Shown here piece by piece: positions 52,215-64,000 of a stretch of DNA of 64,000 nucleotides (position 1 is its first letter; the number at the start of each line of letters is the position of its first letter). The notes under the pieces are model-generated. The model did not search any database and was not told the DNA's origin. It was given only the letters and a program-made list of their open reading frames with translations. The position numbers were made by a program, and so were the translations under genes. The stretch lies in contig OX597833.1 in NCBI GenBank assembly GCA_951406725.2, forward strand, positions 62,434,001 through 62,498,000, given 5' to 3'. The stretch is from Octopus vulgaris. Taxonomy: Eukaryota.

Positions 52215-53022
52215 CTTATGGCATACACAGCGTTGAAAGCTGTTCACATAAAGAGAATAGATGGTGGAGGTTCGTTTTTCAGGGGTCCCCGAATGAGATT
52301 TGGGCCCAGCAAAAGAAAAGCATGTTCTGTCACAAACTGTGTACACAAAACGCTCACTGAGATTCACCTTCTGTCTCCTGAGTCTTGCATGTGTCTCTTC
52401 AAAAGCTTTCACTCCACTCCACACTTTTGTTTGCTATCCAACTCAATCCGAAGCAAGGGTTTCTATGCCCTTTGGATCCATTCCAAGTGACTTCCTGGTA
52501 GTCCTTATGGCATCCTTAAACCTCTTTTTAAGTTAACACAAATTGCAGTTCCTCTTTACAAGCTCACCGTAAAACAGCTGTTAGGGTGTGCGTTCATCCA
52601 CCATTCGAACAATATGACCAGACCATCTCATTCGATTTTTCAGAGTCATTGATTTAATTGAAGTGATGCCTGCAGATGCAAAGACGTCTGTGACTGGAGT
52701 AAAAAAGCCCCATTTAATGTTTAAAATATGGCAAAAGCCTCCTTGGTGGTATGGTTCTAATAGTTTGAAATGGTTTTCATAACACGTCCATGTTTCAGAA
52801 GAATACAACAGGAATGGTAAGACAAACGATTTGTAAAGAGACAATTCTGTGTTGTTATTCATATGTCGTTGGCGTCAAACGCATAACTCCAAACCACCAA
52901 ATGCTTCTGCAGCCCTTTGAATTCGCAGGTGTATTTCTGTGTCCAGATTTCCATCATTTTGTACAGAGCTTCCAAGGTAGATGAAAGAATCAACAACCTC
53001 AAGTAACTTACCCTTAATGAAA
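52215..53022 (-). mobile_element. Decayed RTE (BovB-like) LINE, RT C-terminal region
   Basis: LEVVDSFIYLGS...DTEIHLRIQRAAEAFG; LYKSFVLPFLLYSSETWT...ILNIKW...RMRWSGHIVRMVDERTP*QLFYGEL, with frameshifts. Confidence 0.85.
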
Positions 53023-53064
53023 ATTTGCATATGCATGTATATACATATATACGTATGTATGTAT

Positions 53065-53096
<32 letters not shown>

Positions 53097-53200
53097 CTAC
53101 ATATACACATAGTTAATCCAAACATGAAAACACAACAACGCGAGGACGTGCAACAAGTATAGTGTTATTGGACACTCAGGAAAGGAAAGAAAGAAGGAGG

Positions 53201-53236
53201 ATTTAACGTTTCGAGCGGAGGCTCTTCGTCAGAAAC
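53201..53236 (-). ncRNA. Type I minimal hammerhead motif (Penelope-type)
   Basis: GTTT CTGACGA A GAGC ctcc GCTC GAA ACGT T AAAT: palindromic ACGU stem III as in Penelope-element hammerheads; lies in a ~190-bp dispersed element (53120-53310). Confidence 0.65.
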
Positions 53237-53699
53237 ATAGGAAAATGAAAGATCCAAGGAAGAGAAGACGGAGGGAAAAAAATCGCCAATGATACACATG
53301 CAGTCACATATCAAAATAAGCAACAAGGATATCCAGAGGTAATGCAGTACGATCGTGTCATGCAACTCCATTTAATTGAACAATGCAAACATTTCCTTTA
53401 TATCAGTTCAAAATGTAGAGCAATCTTCAGCTGCACAAAGACATAGAATTTAATTAAATTAGAACAGATGGACACATTAGTATAATTTTACCCAAATTCT
53501 CCAAGAGGATAACAAGATAGACAAAGAACATGTTTTACCAACAACCTCATAGGTTGTAACTGAAATTTTTTTCAAGAAGACACTGCTTTTCATTGCTTTT
53601 TCTGTGATTTAGTTTTAATTACGGGTGGGGGGTCAGTTTTTATTTTATCAAAGTTTTTTTATTGTTAGTTTATCAAAGGCTGAGAGAAGACAGAGGATA

Positions 53700-53745
<46 letters not shown>

Positions 53746-54541
53746 TCACATATACATAGATATGTTTGTATGTATATGTATGTATATACATACATACAAA
53801 TGCACACACACACATATATGACGGTTTAAGAGTGTGTACTTTAATAGTTGGGCATAGTGTGTGTGTGTGTGTGTGTGTATATGTTTTAGATTTGAGTATG
53901 TGTATGTAACAGTTGTACTTACTGTGTGTAGAGAGTTCCTGTGTGTAATAACTGGGTCTTATTGTATTGCGCGTTTACGAGTGTACAGGAATAGTTGGGT
54001 ATTGTGTTGTGTATATGTATATGTATGACAGGTTGTATGTATGCACCCCATTGTTTGGCATTCTATATATGTATGTGTGAGTTTATGTGTGTGCATGTAT
54101 ATATATATATATATATATAATTTTATGTGCATGTGTGTGTGTTTGTGTCTACATATATATATATCTATGTGTTTGTATGTATGCATAGGTATCTCTGTGT
54201 CATATAGCTATATACTGACATGTGTGTGCTTATGTGTTTGTGTCTATGTATGTATTTGTTGTATGTGTGTGTGTGTGTGTTTTCGTTTTTGTCGATCACC
54301 CCATCTCTCGCCCTGTACTGTGAATTGATAAGGAGAGTAACCCGACTTCCCTGACTCACTTCACACATACACATGCACTACTCACACACACACACAGATG
54401 TGCGCATATGTAAACACACACACATACAGAAACACATATGTAGGCATGGTCACATACAAATCTATGTACATATACACTTATACACACTCATACATACATG
54501 TGTGGTCACAGTTGCTCAGAGCACCCACATGCATATACACA

Positions 54542-54582
<41 letters not shown>

Positions 54583-55600
54583 TCACACAGATTGCTATTG
54601 AGATAGGTGTACATTATTCCACACAAGCAAAAACGAATGTGTAGACAAACTCACATAAAGATGAAGTTTCTACAATACATACACACACATATATCCATAA
54701 GCTCACATATATATATATACACATCCATACATACTTATACACACACACATGCATGCACACATACATACATACACACACATATATCCACAAGCTCACATAT
54801 ATATACACATCCATACATACTTATACACATACACACGCATGCACACATACATACACACACACATATATCCGCAAGCTCATATATATATATATATATACAT
54901 CCATACATACTTATACACATACACACACACATATATCCACAAGCTCACATATATATTTATCCATACATATACACACATATAGCCACAAGTATACATTTAT
55001 ACACATCCATAAATAATTATACACATACACACACACACATACAAGGAATACAAATTCACCTACACACACCCACACATATGAGGAACACAAATTCACCTCC
55101 ACACGCACACAAACACACACACATACCCATACATACAATGAACACACACACACACACACATCTGGCACAAACAGACAGCATCAAAGTGACGATGCAGACA
55201 AAGAAGGCTTTGGAAACTGAAGAATTGGTAAACGGGAACCTCTAAGAACATCGTGGCTGGAGGTAAGTGTGTCTTTTATTCTAACACCTACATATTGATT
55301 GAAGGGTGGGGAGTGGGGGTGGAGGAGAGATCAATACAGGGAATGTGTTGATTGATAGACAGAGACATAGACAGGTAGATGGATATTAATACAGACATAG
55401 ATATATATATATGTATGTATAAATATATATATATGTATGTGTATATATATATATAATATTTATGTATGTATATGTGTGTGTATATATATATGTATATATG
55501 TGTGTATAAATATATATATTTCATAAGGAGGGTATATATATATATATAGGTATATATATTTATGTATGAATGTATGTATATATGTGTATGTATATATATA

Positions 55601-55659
<59 letters not shown>

Positions 55660-55668
55660 GTATGTATG

Positions 55669-55716
<48 letters not shown>

Positions 55717-56376
55717 TGCAGGAGTGGTAAGAAGCTTGCTTTCCAACCACTTGTTTCTAGGTTCAGTCCCACTACATGGCACCTTGGAGAACTGACTTCT
55801 TCTACAGCCTTGGGCTGACCAAAAACTTGTGAGTGGTTTTGGTAAATGGAAACTAAAAGAAGCCCATTGTATATATATATATATATATGTATATCTGCCT
55901 TTGTCCCTCCAACATCACTTGACAACTGTTGCTGGTGTCTATATGTCCCCATAACTTAGTGGTTCGGCAAAAGAGACTGATAGAATAAGTACTAGGCTTA
56001 TGAAGAATAAGTCCTGCAGTCGATTTGTTCAACTAAAGGCAGTGCTCCAGCATGGCTGCAGTCAAATGACTGAAACAAGCAAAACAATAAAAGAATATAT
56101 ATACATATATGTGTATGTGTGTGTATATATATATATATATATATACAATTGCAGCGTGGAAGGTGTTTATAAGCCATTTAAGAAACACACAAAAGCCGTT
56201 CGATTCACTTCAACATTTAAGTTTAATTTGTCAAAATATATTTTCGTCGCTAAAATCCGAATCGAACGGCTTTTGTGTGTTTCTTAAATGGCTTACAAAC
56301 ACCTTTCACGCTGCAATTGTTTTCGTTTCAGCACACAATCTCAGATCAAATTACTTGCTATGCGAGTACATCTCCG

Positions 56377-56412
<36 letters not shown>

Positions 56413-57115
56413 CACACACACACACACATATATATGTATTTGTATATATATCTTATATGTGTGTGTATATGCATATGTATATATATATATATATACACAT
56501 TTATTTATATACATATATATGTGTATATATATGCATGCATGTATGCATATATTAGATATGTATACATTCTTGTATATAGACTTGTATATATATATATATA
56601 CATACATATATTCTGACATGCACACACACATATTCATTGATGCACGACTTTGGCGGGTAACTTGAATGAATAGAAACTCCATTGAGTTTAACACATATAC
56701 ACAATACATACACAGATCCATACATAGTACATATGTGTATATATAAATATATCGATATAGATATACACATACAGTACTGTTTACAATGGTCATCTGTGGT
56801 GGAGGCCCACCACCATTGAAAAATTACCAAATCCTATCAACCATAATTCTATAGGTGTGATTGTGTCTGTACATGTGTGTGTGTGTGTGTGTGTGTGGAG
56901 AGAGAGAGACAGACAGACAGAGATGTGTGTTTATTTATAAATATGTGCACAGGAGTGGCTGTGTGGTAAGTAGCTTGTTTACCAACCACATGGTTCCGGG
57001 TTCAGTCCCACTGCGTGGCACCTTGGGCAAGTGTCTTCTGCTATAGCCTCGGGCTGACCAAAGCCTTGTGAGTGGATTTGGTAGACGGAAACTGAAAGAA
57101 GCCCGTCGTATATAA

Positions 57116-57147
<32 letters not shown>

Positions 57148-57699
57148 GCGTGTGTGTGTCTGTGTTTGTCCCCCTAGCATTGCTTGACAACCGATGCTGG
57201 TGTGTTTATGTCCCCATTACTTAGCGGTTCGGCAAAAGAGACCGATAGAATAAGTACTGGGCTTACAAAAGAATAAGTCCCAGGGTCGAGTTGCTCGATT
57301 AAAGGCGATGCTCCAGCATGGCCACGGTCAGATGACTGAAACAAGTAAAAGAGTACATTGCCATGAGTTATCCAACACTCTATATCAATGAAAACAGCCT
57401 GCTTCTATATTTTGTGAGTTTTTGTGGTGACAACGTAATACTATTGTGTAGATGATGATGATGATTATTACTGTTGTTGTTGTTAAGACAGCGAGCTGGC
57501 AGAACTGTTAGCACGCAGGAGAAAATGCTTGGCAGTATTTCACCTGTCATTATGTTCTGAGATCAAATTCCACCAAAGTCGACTTTACCTTTCATCCTTT
57601 AGGGGTCGATAAATTAAGTACCAGTTGTGTACTAGGGTTGATGTAATTGAGTATCACCCTCCCCCAATTTCAGGCCTTGTGCCTATAGTAGAAAGGATT

Positions 57700-58125
57700 A
57701 TTATTATTATTGCCTATGCAAAACTTCTAACGTTGGAGATGTACTACGGTGTCAGCTGTTCACTACCAGTGAACTAAGGTAACACCTCTTATTTTTCGAG
57801 CACCTTCCAGAGTATTCGAGAGGTTCCAAGCAGTGCTGTTTTCTGCAAGTGGTCCACCCTTATTGCAGCTCCTATTTGTTCCACGTATTTCTCTAGATTT
57901 TTGCTGAACGTTCCCAGGGCTCCGTCATTTATTAATATTACTGCTACCTGTTTCATCGACCACAACTGCTTAACTTCCCAAGCTAACCTGTCAAATCTCT
58001 CGCCTTTTCTTTCTTCCTTATCACATACCTTGTTGCCAGCTGGGCATGCTATGTCTATGATCCAATATAGTCTGTTTTCTTTCTCAATTAAGACTATGTC
58101 TGGCTTCGTTTGTTGGTTGTTGTTA
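57700..58125 (-). mobile_element. R4/Dong-like non-LTR retrotransposon 3' end (restriction-like endonuclease)
   Basis: KPDIVLIEKENRLYWIIDIACP...KEERK...GALG...LQKTALLGTSRILWKVL (PD..D motif); ends in a (TAA)n tract. Confidence 0.82.
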
Positions 58126-58159
58126 TGCTGGAGCATGCTAATTTAATTAGTATTTTATC

Positions 58160-58832
58160 TTGAGGCTTGGTGACAACAAGTCTACTCAAATCTCAGGAAT
58201 ATTTCTGAGGGTTCTTGCAGAATGTAGGATGGTACTTTACTGCAGATTGACAATGCAAATCTAAATTTCAATCTCCTTCACTCTTTTAGGTAGAATTTTG
58301 GGTGTTGTACCTAGTGTGCCTATAACTACAGGCATATTTGTTGTCCAGGTGTTCTGCAGTCTCCTCAGCTCTCTGGCTTAGATCCTGATATATCTCAATT
58401 TTTCTTTCATTTCATTGATATTGACTCTGCTACCATAGGGAACTGCAAAATCTATGATCTTATTCAGTTTGTTTATTTTGTTGTCCTCTATGATCATATC
58501 CAGTCTTCTTGCTTCAATAGTATGGTCAGTCTTTATGGGGAAATCCCACAAGAACTTGTAATTCTCATTTTTTATCACAGCTTCTGGTTCATGTTCATAC
58601 CACTTTTCTGTTGTCTTGAAGCTACATGCTTGGCTAATATCCCAATGCACTCTTTTGCCTACACACACACACATCTGTGTTTATACTCCTTTTGTGCTAG
58701 TAACCTGCACTCATTTGAAAGGTGAGTGATCATTTTGTCTCCTTTCCTGTAGGTTCTACATTTGCTGTCTGATTGGGTTTTGTTGAACTTTGCCTTTATC
58801 AAATTTATTCTAAGGGTCTGTTCCTTAGTGAC
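58160..58832 (-). mobile_element. Second, more decayed R4/Dong-like fragment (zinc knuckle + RLE)
   Basis: EQTLRINLIK...SKCRTY...ITHLSNEC..LAQKEYKHR...VHWDI...KWYEHEPEAV..NENYKFLWDFPIKTDHTIEARRLDMII...IIDFAVP. Confidence 0.8.
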
Positions 58833-59345
58833 TATAATTATATACATATATATGCATATATATGGGTACAGGACATCACAAACTGTAAACAACATGAAAT
58901 ACGAAAACAAACAAGTTGAATATGCAAACAACAAGAGAAACAATGGAAAACAGGACAAGTAACATAAAGAACGACCCTTCATTAGTTGTCAGCTACCATC
59001 TACTCCTCATTTCGAGCATTGAACATATATATATATATGAATAAAAAATGGAGTTAACGCAGGTGTAATCAAATATTTTTACTTTCGACACATGTTTCGA
59101 AAATTCCACTGATACTATTCAAAAGAATAAATGGTATAAACAATGCAATCTTCTCCTCAGATTTTTTGCTGCCCTGGTAACTATTTATTTATTTTTTCCA
59201 TGTTAATTGTTAACAAGGTAAAAATACACTCATCTATTTATATATATATATATATATACTTTATTTTAAGCAGCAGAAAATTCAACAAAATCTGTTACTC
59301 TGAGTTTCTCGTTGCCGTTCATCAGACAGTTTTTTCTAGCAAAAA

Positions 59346-59383
59346 CTGTCTGATGAACGGCAACGAGAAACTCAGAGTAACAG
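59346..59383 (+). ncRNA. Type I minimal hammerhead motif (mirror copy on the - strand at 59292-59329)
   Basis: CTGT CTGATGA aCG gcaa CGa GAA ACTCAGAGT A ACAG: stem I CUGU/ACAG, GNRA-capped stem II with an A.A mismatch at its base, GUA triplet. Confidence 0.7.
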
Positions 59384-59484
59384 ATTTTGTTGAATTTTCT
59401 GCTGCTTAAAATAAAGCATATTACTCTACCACTGGTATTTGAGTACTCTTTTTCCACCTTGTTTCACATTTATGTGTTTACTCC

Positions 59485-59520
<36 letters not shown>

Positions 59521-60107
59521 CTTTATCATTATTAAAGCTGCAAAAACATCACAAAAATATTACAAAAAACTCAGAGTTTCACATTCCCATTCGTTGGACA
59601 GTTTAGATTGAGAATCATTATCAATCTGAATTGTCTGATGATGAACAAGAACATGAAACTTTGGGTATCAGTTTTATGTAGTATTTTTGCAGCTTTAATA
59701 ATAATGAAGCATATTACTCTACCTCTGGTATTCGAGTACTATTTTCCCCACCTTGTTTCACATTTATGTGCTTACTTTTGTCTGTGACGTCCTGTTCTTG
59801 TTATTATTATTATTATTCATTATTGTTTTTACGTATTTTTGCATTCTTATTCGTGTAACATCGTCCGGTTTTCCGTCCTTGTTTTGTATACATTCGAGGC
59901 CTTCTTCCAAGGAATCTAATGCGCTTGGCTTAGATTTTCCTTTGGGGCTGGCCAGGTCGGAGCAATCTCAAGATTAATCAGCCGAAATTGCGAGGATGAT
60001 CCGGTTCTTGACTGAAGATTGAAGACTTCGAATGTCCCGTCCGTGTTTTTTGTATCGTCTTCTAAATGTTTTGCGTTCTTGTCCCAGTTTGTATTTTTTT
60101 TACATTT

Positions 60108-60158
<51 letters not shown>

Positions 60159-60161
<3 letters not shown>

Positions 60162-60731
60162 ATATATATAAAAGGCAGTTTGTCTGTCTGTGTGTCTGTC
60201 AGGTTGTACCCTCACCCTGACCACGGCTTTCAACTGATTCTGATGAAACTTGACACACACATAGCCCAATGTCATAATTCAAAACTAACGCAGCGAAAAT
60301 TTTGAAAAGTTCCTCCAGTTCTGAAAAAAATTCGATAAATTCGACATGGGGTCGAGAATCTAAGCTTATCATATGCAACACATTTTCCGTTGTAGTTTTC
60401 ACAACTTGCAATCGATTTTCACTAAACTCATGGTGAAGCTTAATGTTACCCTAAGGAACTTAATTCTGACGTTAGTTTTCCATGCAATACCTTACCATCA
60501 GAAAAAATCGATAAAATCATGCCATTTTGGGAAATTGCGTTCAAATTCAAGATGACATATTTTCGACAATATCTTTAACAAATTGGCAGGAATTCTCTTT
60601 GAACTTCTCAGCGAGCATCATGTCTGCTCCAAGGAGCTATATGGCCCTTTTGATTCCAATAGGATACGTCATTACTGGAAAAAATCGGTTTTATCGACAA
60701 AGTTTCTTACATACCCGGGCAACGCTGCTAG
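60159..60731 (+). mobile_element. Non-autonomous Helitron
   Basis: Begins TC(TATATATATAAAA), ends with a partial GC hairpin ACCCGGGCAACGC then CTAG; inserted between A and T with no TSD. Confidence 0.7.
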
Positions 60732-63700
60732 TATACACATAATGCATATATATATATGCACATACACACACAATATACATACATAAAAAAAGTGGAAACA
60801 GAAATATTGTACAGCTACACACACACATATATTTGTACACGTGTACGCACACACACACACACATGCATGCACGCACGCACACACAAAGCATACAGACATT
60901 CCTTCTTTGTCTTCGAGCGTTGGGTAAAGGAAACTTCCAGCCATGTTCTGAAAAATTCTTCCATCTTCCATAAAAGAAGGAAAGAAAGCAGAAAGGAGGG
61001 AAGAAGAAAGGAAGGAAGGAAGGTTGAGAGGAAAGAAGGAAGGAAGTAAGGAAGGAAGAGATATCAGGCAGTTATTTTTAATGTTGTATCAAGTAATTGT
61101 TTTGCGTTACTCATTAATAAAGGAGTGATAATGTGTGTGTGTGTGGGGGGGGCATATGTGGCTGTAGGGGTGGATGTATGTGTGAATGTGGGTGTGGATA
61201 TGAGTGTGTGGATGTATGTGCGTGTGTATATATGAGTGTATGAATATGCATGTATGTCTATATATGTGAATATGTGTGTATGGTAATATCTAAGGGTGTA
61301 GGTGTGTGTGTGTGGGCATATGTGACTGTAGGTGTGGATGTATGTGTGAATGTGGGTGTGTATGGATGTGTGTGTAAGTATGGTGCATGTATGTTTGTAT
61401 GTATATATATATATATATCATCATCATCATCATCATATATATGCGTATGTATATGCATGTGTGTCTATAGATATATATATATGAATATGTGTGTATGGTA
61501 ATATCTGTGTGGGTGTTGGTGCGTGTGTGTGTGAGAAAGAGAGAGAGAGACAAAATAGCTATTTCCAAAGTTGGCGCTAACATGACATAATAACCGATTT
61601 TTTTCCACCTGTCTTCTGTTACCATGTTACTCTTTAGAACCCATCCCATGGTCAGGTGGTTGGGTAGATGACCACTAAACTATTCTGGCACCGTTTTGCT
61701 GGGTGAGGAACACATGCGAACACCCAGCAGGACTAAAAATAAAATCTGTCAAAGAACAGAAGAACTTGGTTAGAGAAACCAAAATTAAAACCATAAAAAG
61801 GCAACAGATGGCACCAAGTCTTCCATTGTCTGTTGATTAAAACACCGTATGATGGCGCAGTCAGACCAGACTGAATCGGTTGGAACCCAGAATAAAAGTG
61901 ATTACATTCTCTGGTGTTATTTTTTGTTTCTTTTTTTCTCAGGAAGAAATCTATAAATTTACTAAAAGCACCAAACTGAAAATTAAAGCTGCGTCCAAAT
62001 TCTTCAGTGGCCGATACCAGTGCTGCCTGACTGGCTCCTGTGCTGGTGGCATGCAATAAGCACTGTTCATGTGTGGGTCGTTGCCAGTGTCGCTTGACTG
62101 GTTCCCTGTGCTGGTGGCACATAAAATGCACCATCCGAACGTAGTCGATGCCAGCTCTCTCCCTGCCCCCACTGGTTCCTGTGCCAGTGGCACGTAAAAA
62201 GCACCATCTGGATGTGGTCGATGCCAGATTTCCCTTCCCCAACTGGCTGCAGTGCCGGTGGAATGTAAAAAGCGCCATCCAAATGTGGTCGATGCCAGTG
62301 CTGTCTGACTGGCTCCCGTGCTGGTGGCACATAAAAAGCACCCACTACAATCTTGGAGTGGTTGGCATTAGGAAGGGCATCCAGCTGTAGAAACATCGCC
62401 AAATCAGATTGGAACCTGGTGTGGCCTCCTGACTTGCCAGTCTCCAGTCAAACTGTCCAATCCATGTCAACATGGAAAACGGACATTAAACAATGATGAT
62501 GAAGAATTCGGAATGTAGGAATGTTTTCTTCAAAATTGTACTCTTTCAGACATTATCCAACATTCATGGTTGTAGGTGAGGCAGCGAGCTGGCAGAATCG
62601 TTAGCACGCCGGGTGAAATACGTAGCCGTATTTCGTTTGCCGTTGCGATCTTAGTTCAAATTCCGCTGTGGTCAACTTTGCCTTTCTTCCTTTCAGGGTC
62701 GAAAAATTAAGTACCAGTTTCGCACTGGGGTCGATATTATCGACTTAATACATCTTTACTACACTCTCGGAGTGGTTGGCATTAGGAAGGGCATCCAGCT
62801 GTAGAAACTCTGCCAAATCAAGATTGGAGACTGGTGCAACCATCTGGTTCGCAAGCCCTCAGTCAAAATCGTCCAACCCATGCTAGCATGGAAAGTGGAC
62901 GTTAAACGAAATGAATGAATGAATGACGTCTGTCTGTCCTTGTATGTCTCCTCTGTGTTTAGCCCCTTGTGGCTAGTAAAGAAATAGGTTGTAGGTGAGG
63001 TTAGGCATGAAAACCAAATTGAAGTTCGTGTGTTTTTTTTTTTGCCCCTCTTTTTGTTTCCACTAATTTTTCCTCTGAAGATTGATGACTGAAGCTGGCA
63101 TTTTACTACATCAGCACCTTCAATTCTAACATCCAGTTCAGCCTCCTGCATCCCATCACCCTGCCTACCTTGGCTGCTATGGCATTCATGTAGACCCTGT
63201 TAATGGGCTCAAAACCCAGATATTAAACATTGGCTGAATAATAATCATCATCATCATCATTGTTTAACGTCCGCTTTCCATGCTAGCATGGGTTGGACGG
63301 TTCAACTGGGGTCTGGGAAGCCAGAAGGCTGCACCAGGCCCAGTCTGATCTGGCAGTGTTTCTACAGCTGGATGCCCTTCCTAACGCCAACCACTCTGAG
63401 TGTGTAGTGGGTGCTTTTTACATGCCACCGGCACGGGGGCCAGACAAGGCTGGCAACAGCCACAATCGGATGGTGCTTTTTACGTGCCGATTGCCCTGAA
63501 GCAGTACCAGGCAGTGGCTCTCATGGCTTCTGGTCTTAACTGATTGAAAGTGTTATAACGTATGTTGTTTTGTCTTGGTATAAAAAGATGGGCTACAGCA
63601 AATATTCTGCTCAGTACCACAGATTTGCTTGTCAGTTGTTTGACCTTAACCAGTTGACCATGTCCCTTAGTGGCTGATGATATGTGCATCTATGATCATG

Positions 63701-64000
63701 AGCAGAAGTAGTGGGGAAGTATCATAGCTATGTGTTGAGAGGGATTCTTTGGGGTTTGAATAATTCACCTTTGGAAACATGGGTGGTTTGTTCAACATCC
63801 TTAAACAATCCTTATTCAGGGACCTTTTGAGCGGGATGGGCTACTCGACCAGAAGAAAATTCTAACTGGGCCCCATCTGCAAGGTCATACGCTGTTTATC
63901 TTGATATGAGATCGCCATGTCACACACATATGGTTGTGATGCATGTGCCTGGTGTACCCTTATCAGACGGGTAGTCATGATGGGTATATTGGGCTTCGTA

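Noticed and set aside
59960-60040. GAAA...CTGAAGA motif suggesting a type II hammerhead (similar at 58975-59020)
   Set aside because: I could not form consistent stems I-III around the core.

Overview
This is AT-rich, microsatellite- and SINE-dense eukaryotic DNA. The repeat families and gene structure are consistent with an Octopus (coleoid cephalopod) genome; this is inferred, not confirmed. The only supportable host gene is the 3' half of EXOC2/Sec5 (exocyst component 2) on the + strand. It has 13 internal GT-AG exons from 97 to 18434 that splice in frame and follow the C-terminal half of vertebrate EXOC2 as I recall it. Two paralogous, phase-compatible terminal exons follow (27524-27605 and 35032-35125), plus a weaker third candidate (34548-34620). 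The rest is introns and intergenic DNA: tRNA-derived SINEs, remnants of RTE, CR1-like and R4/Dong-like LINEs, a decayed Penelope-like GIY-YIG element, hAT and Tc1/mariner MITEs, a non-autonomous Helitron and a compound satellite (13255-14980). About ten type I hammerhead ribozyme motifs of several families are scattered through the window. One looks fully intact (24495-24541, minus strand), and several sit back-to-back in long fold-back palindromes. Almost all ORFs in the supplied track are repeat artefacts. Repeat boundaries are approximate; exon boundaries were read base by base.
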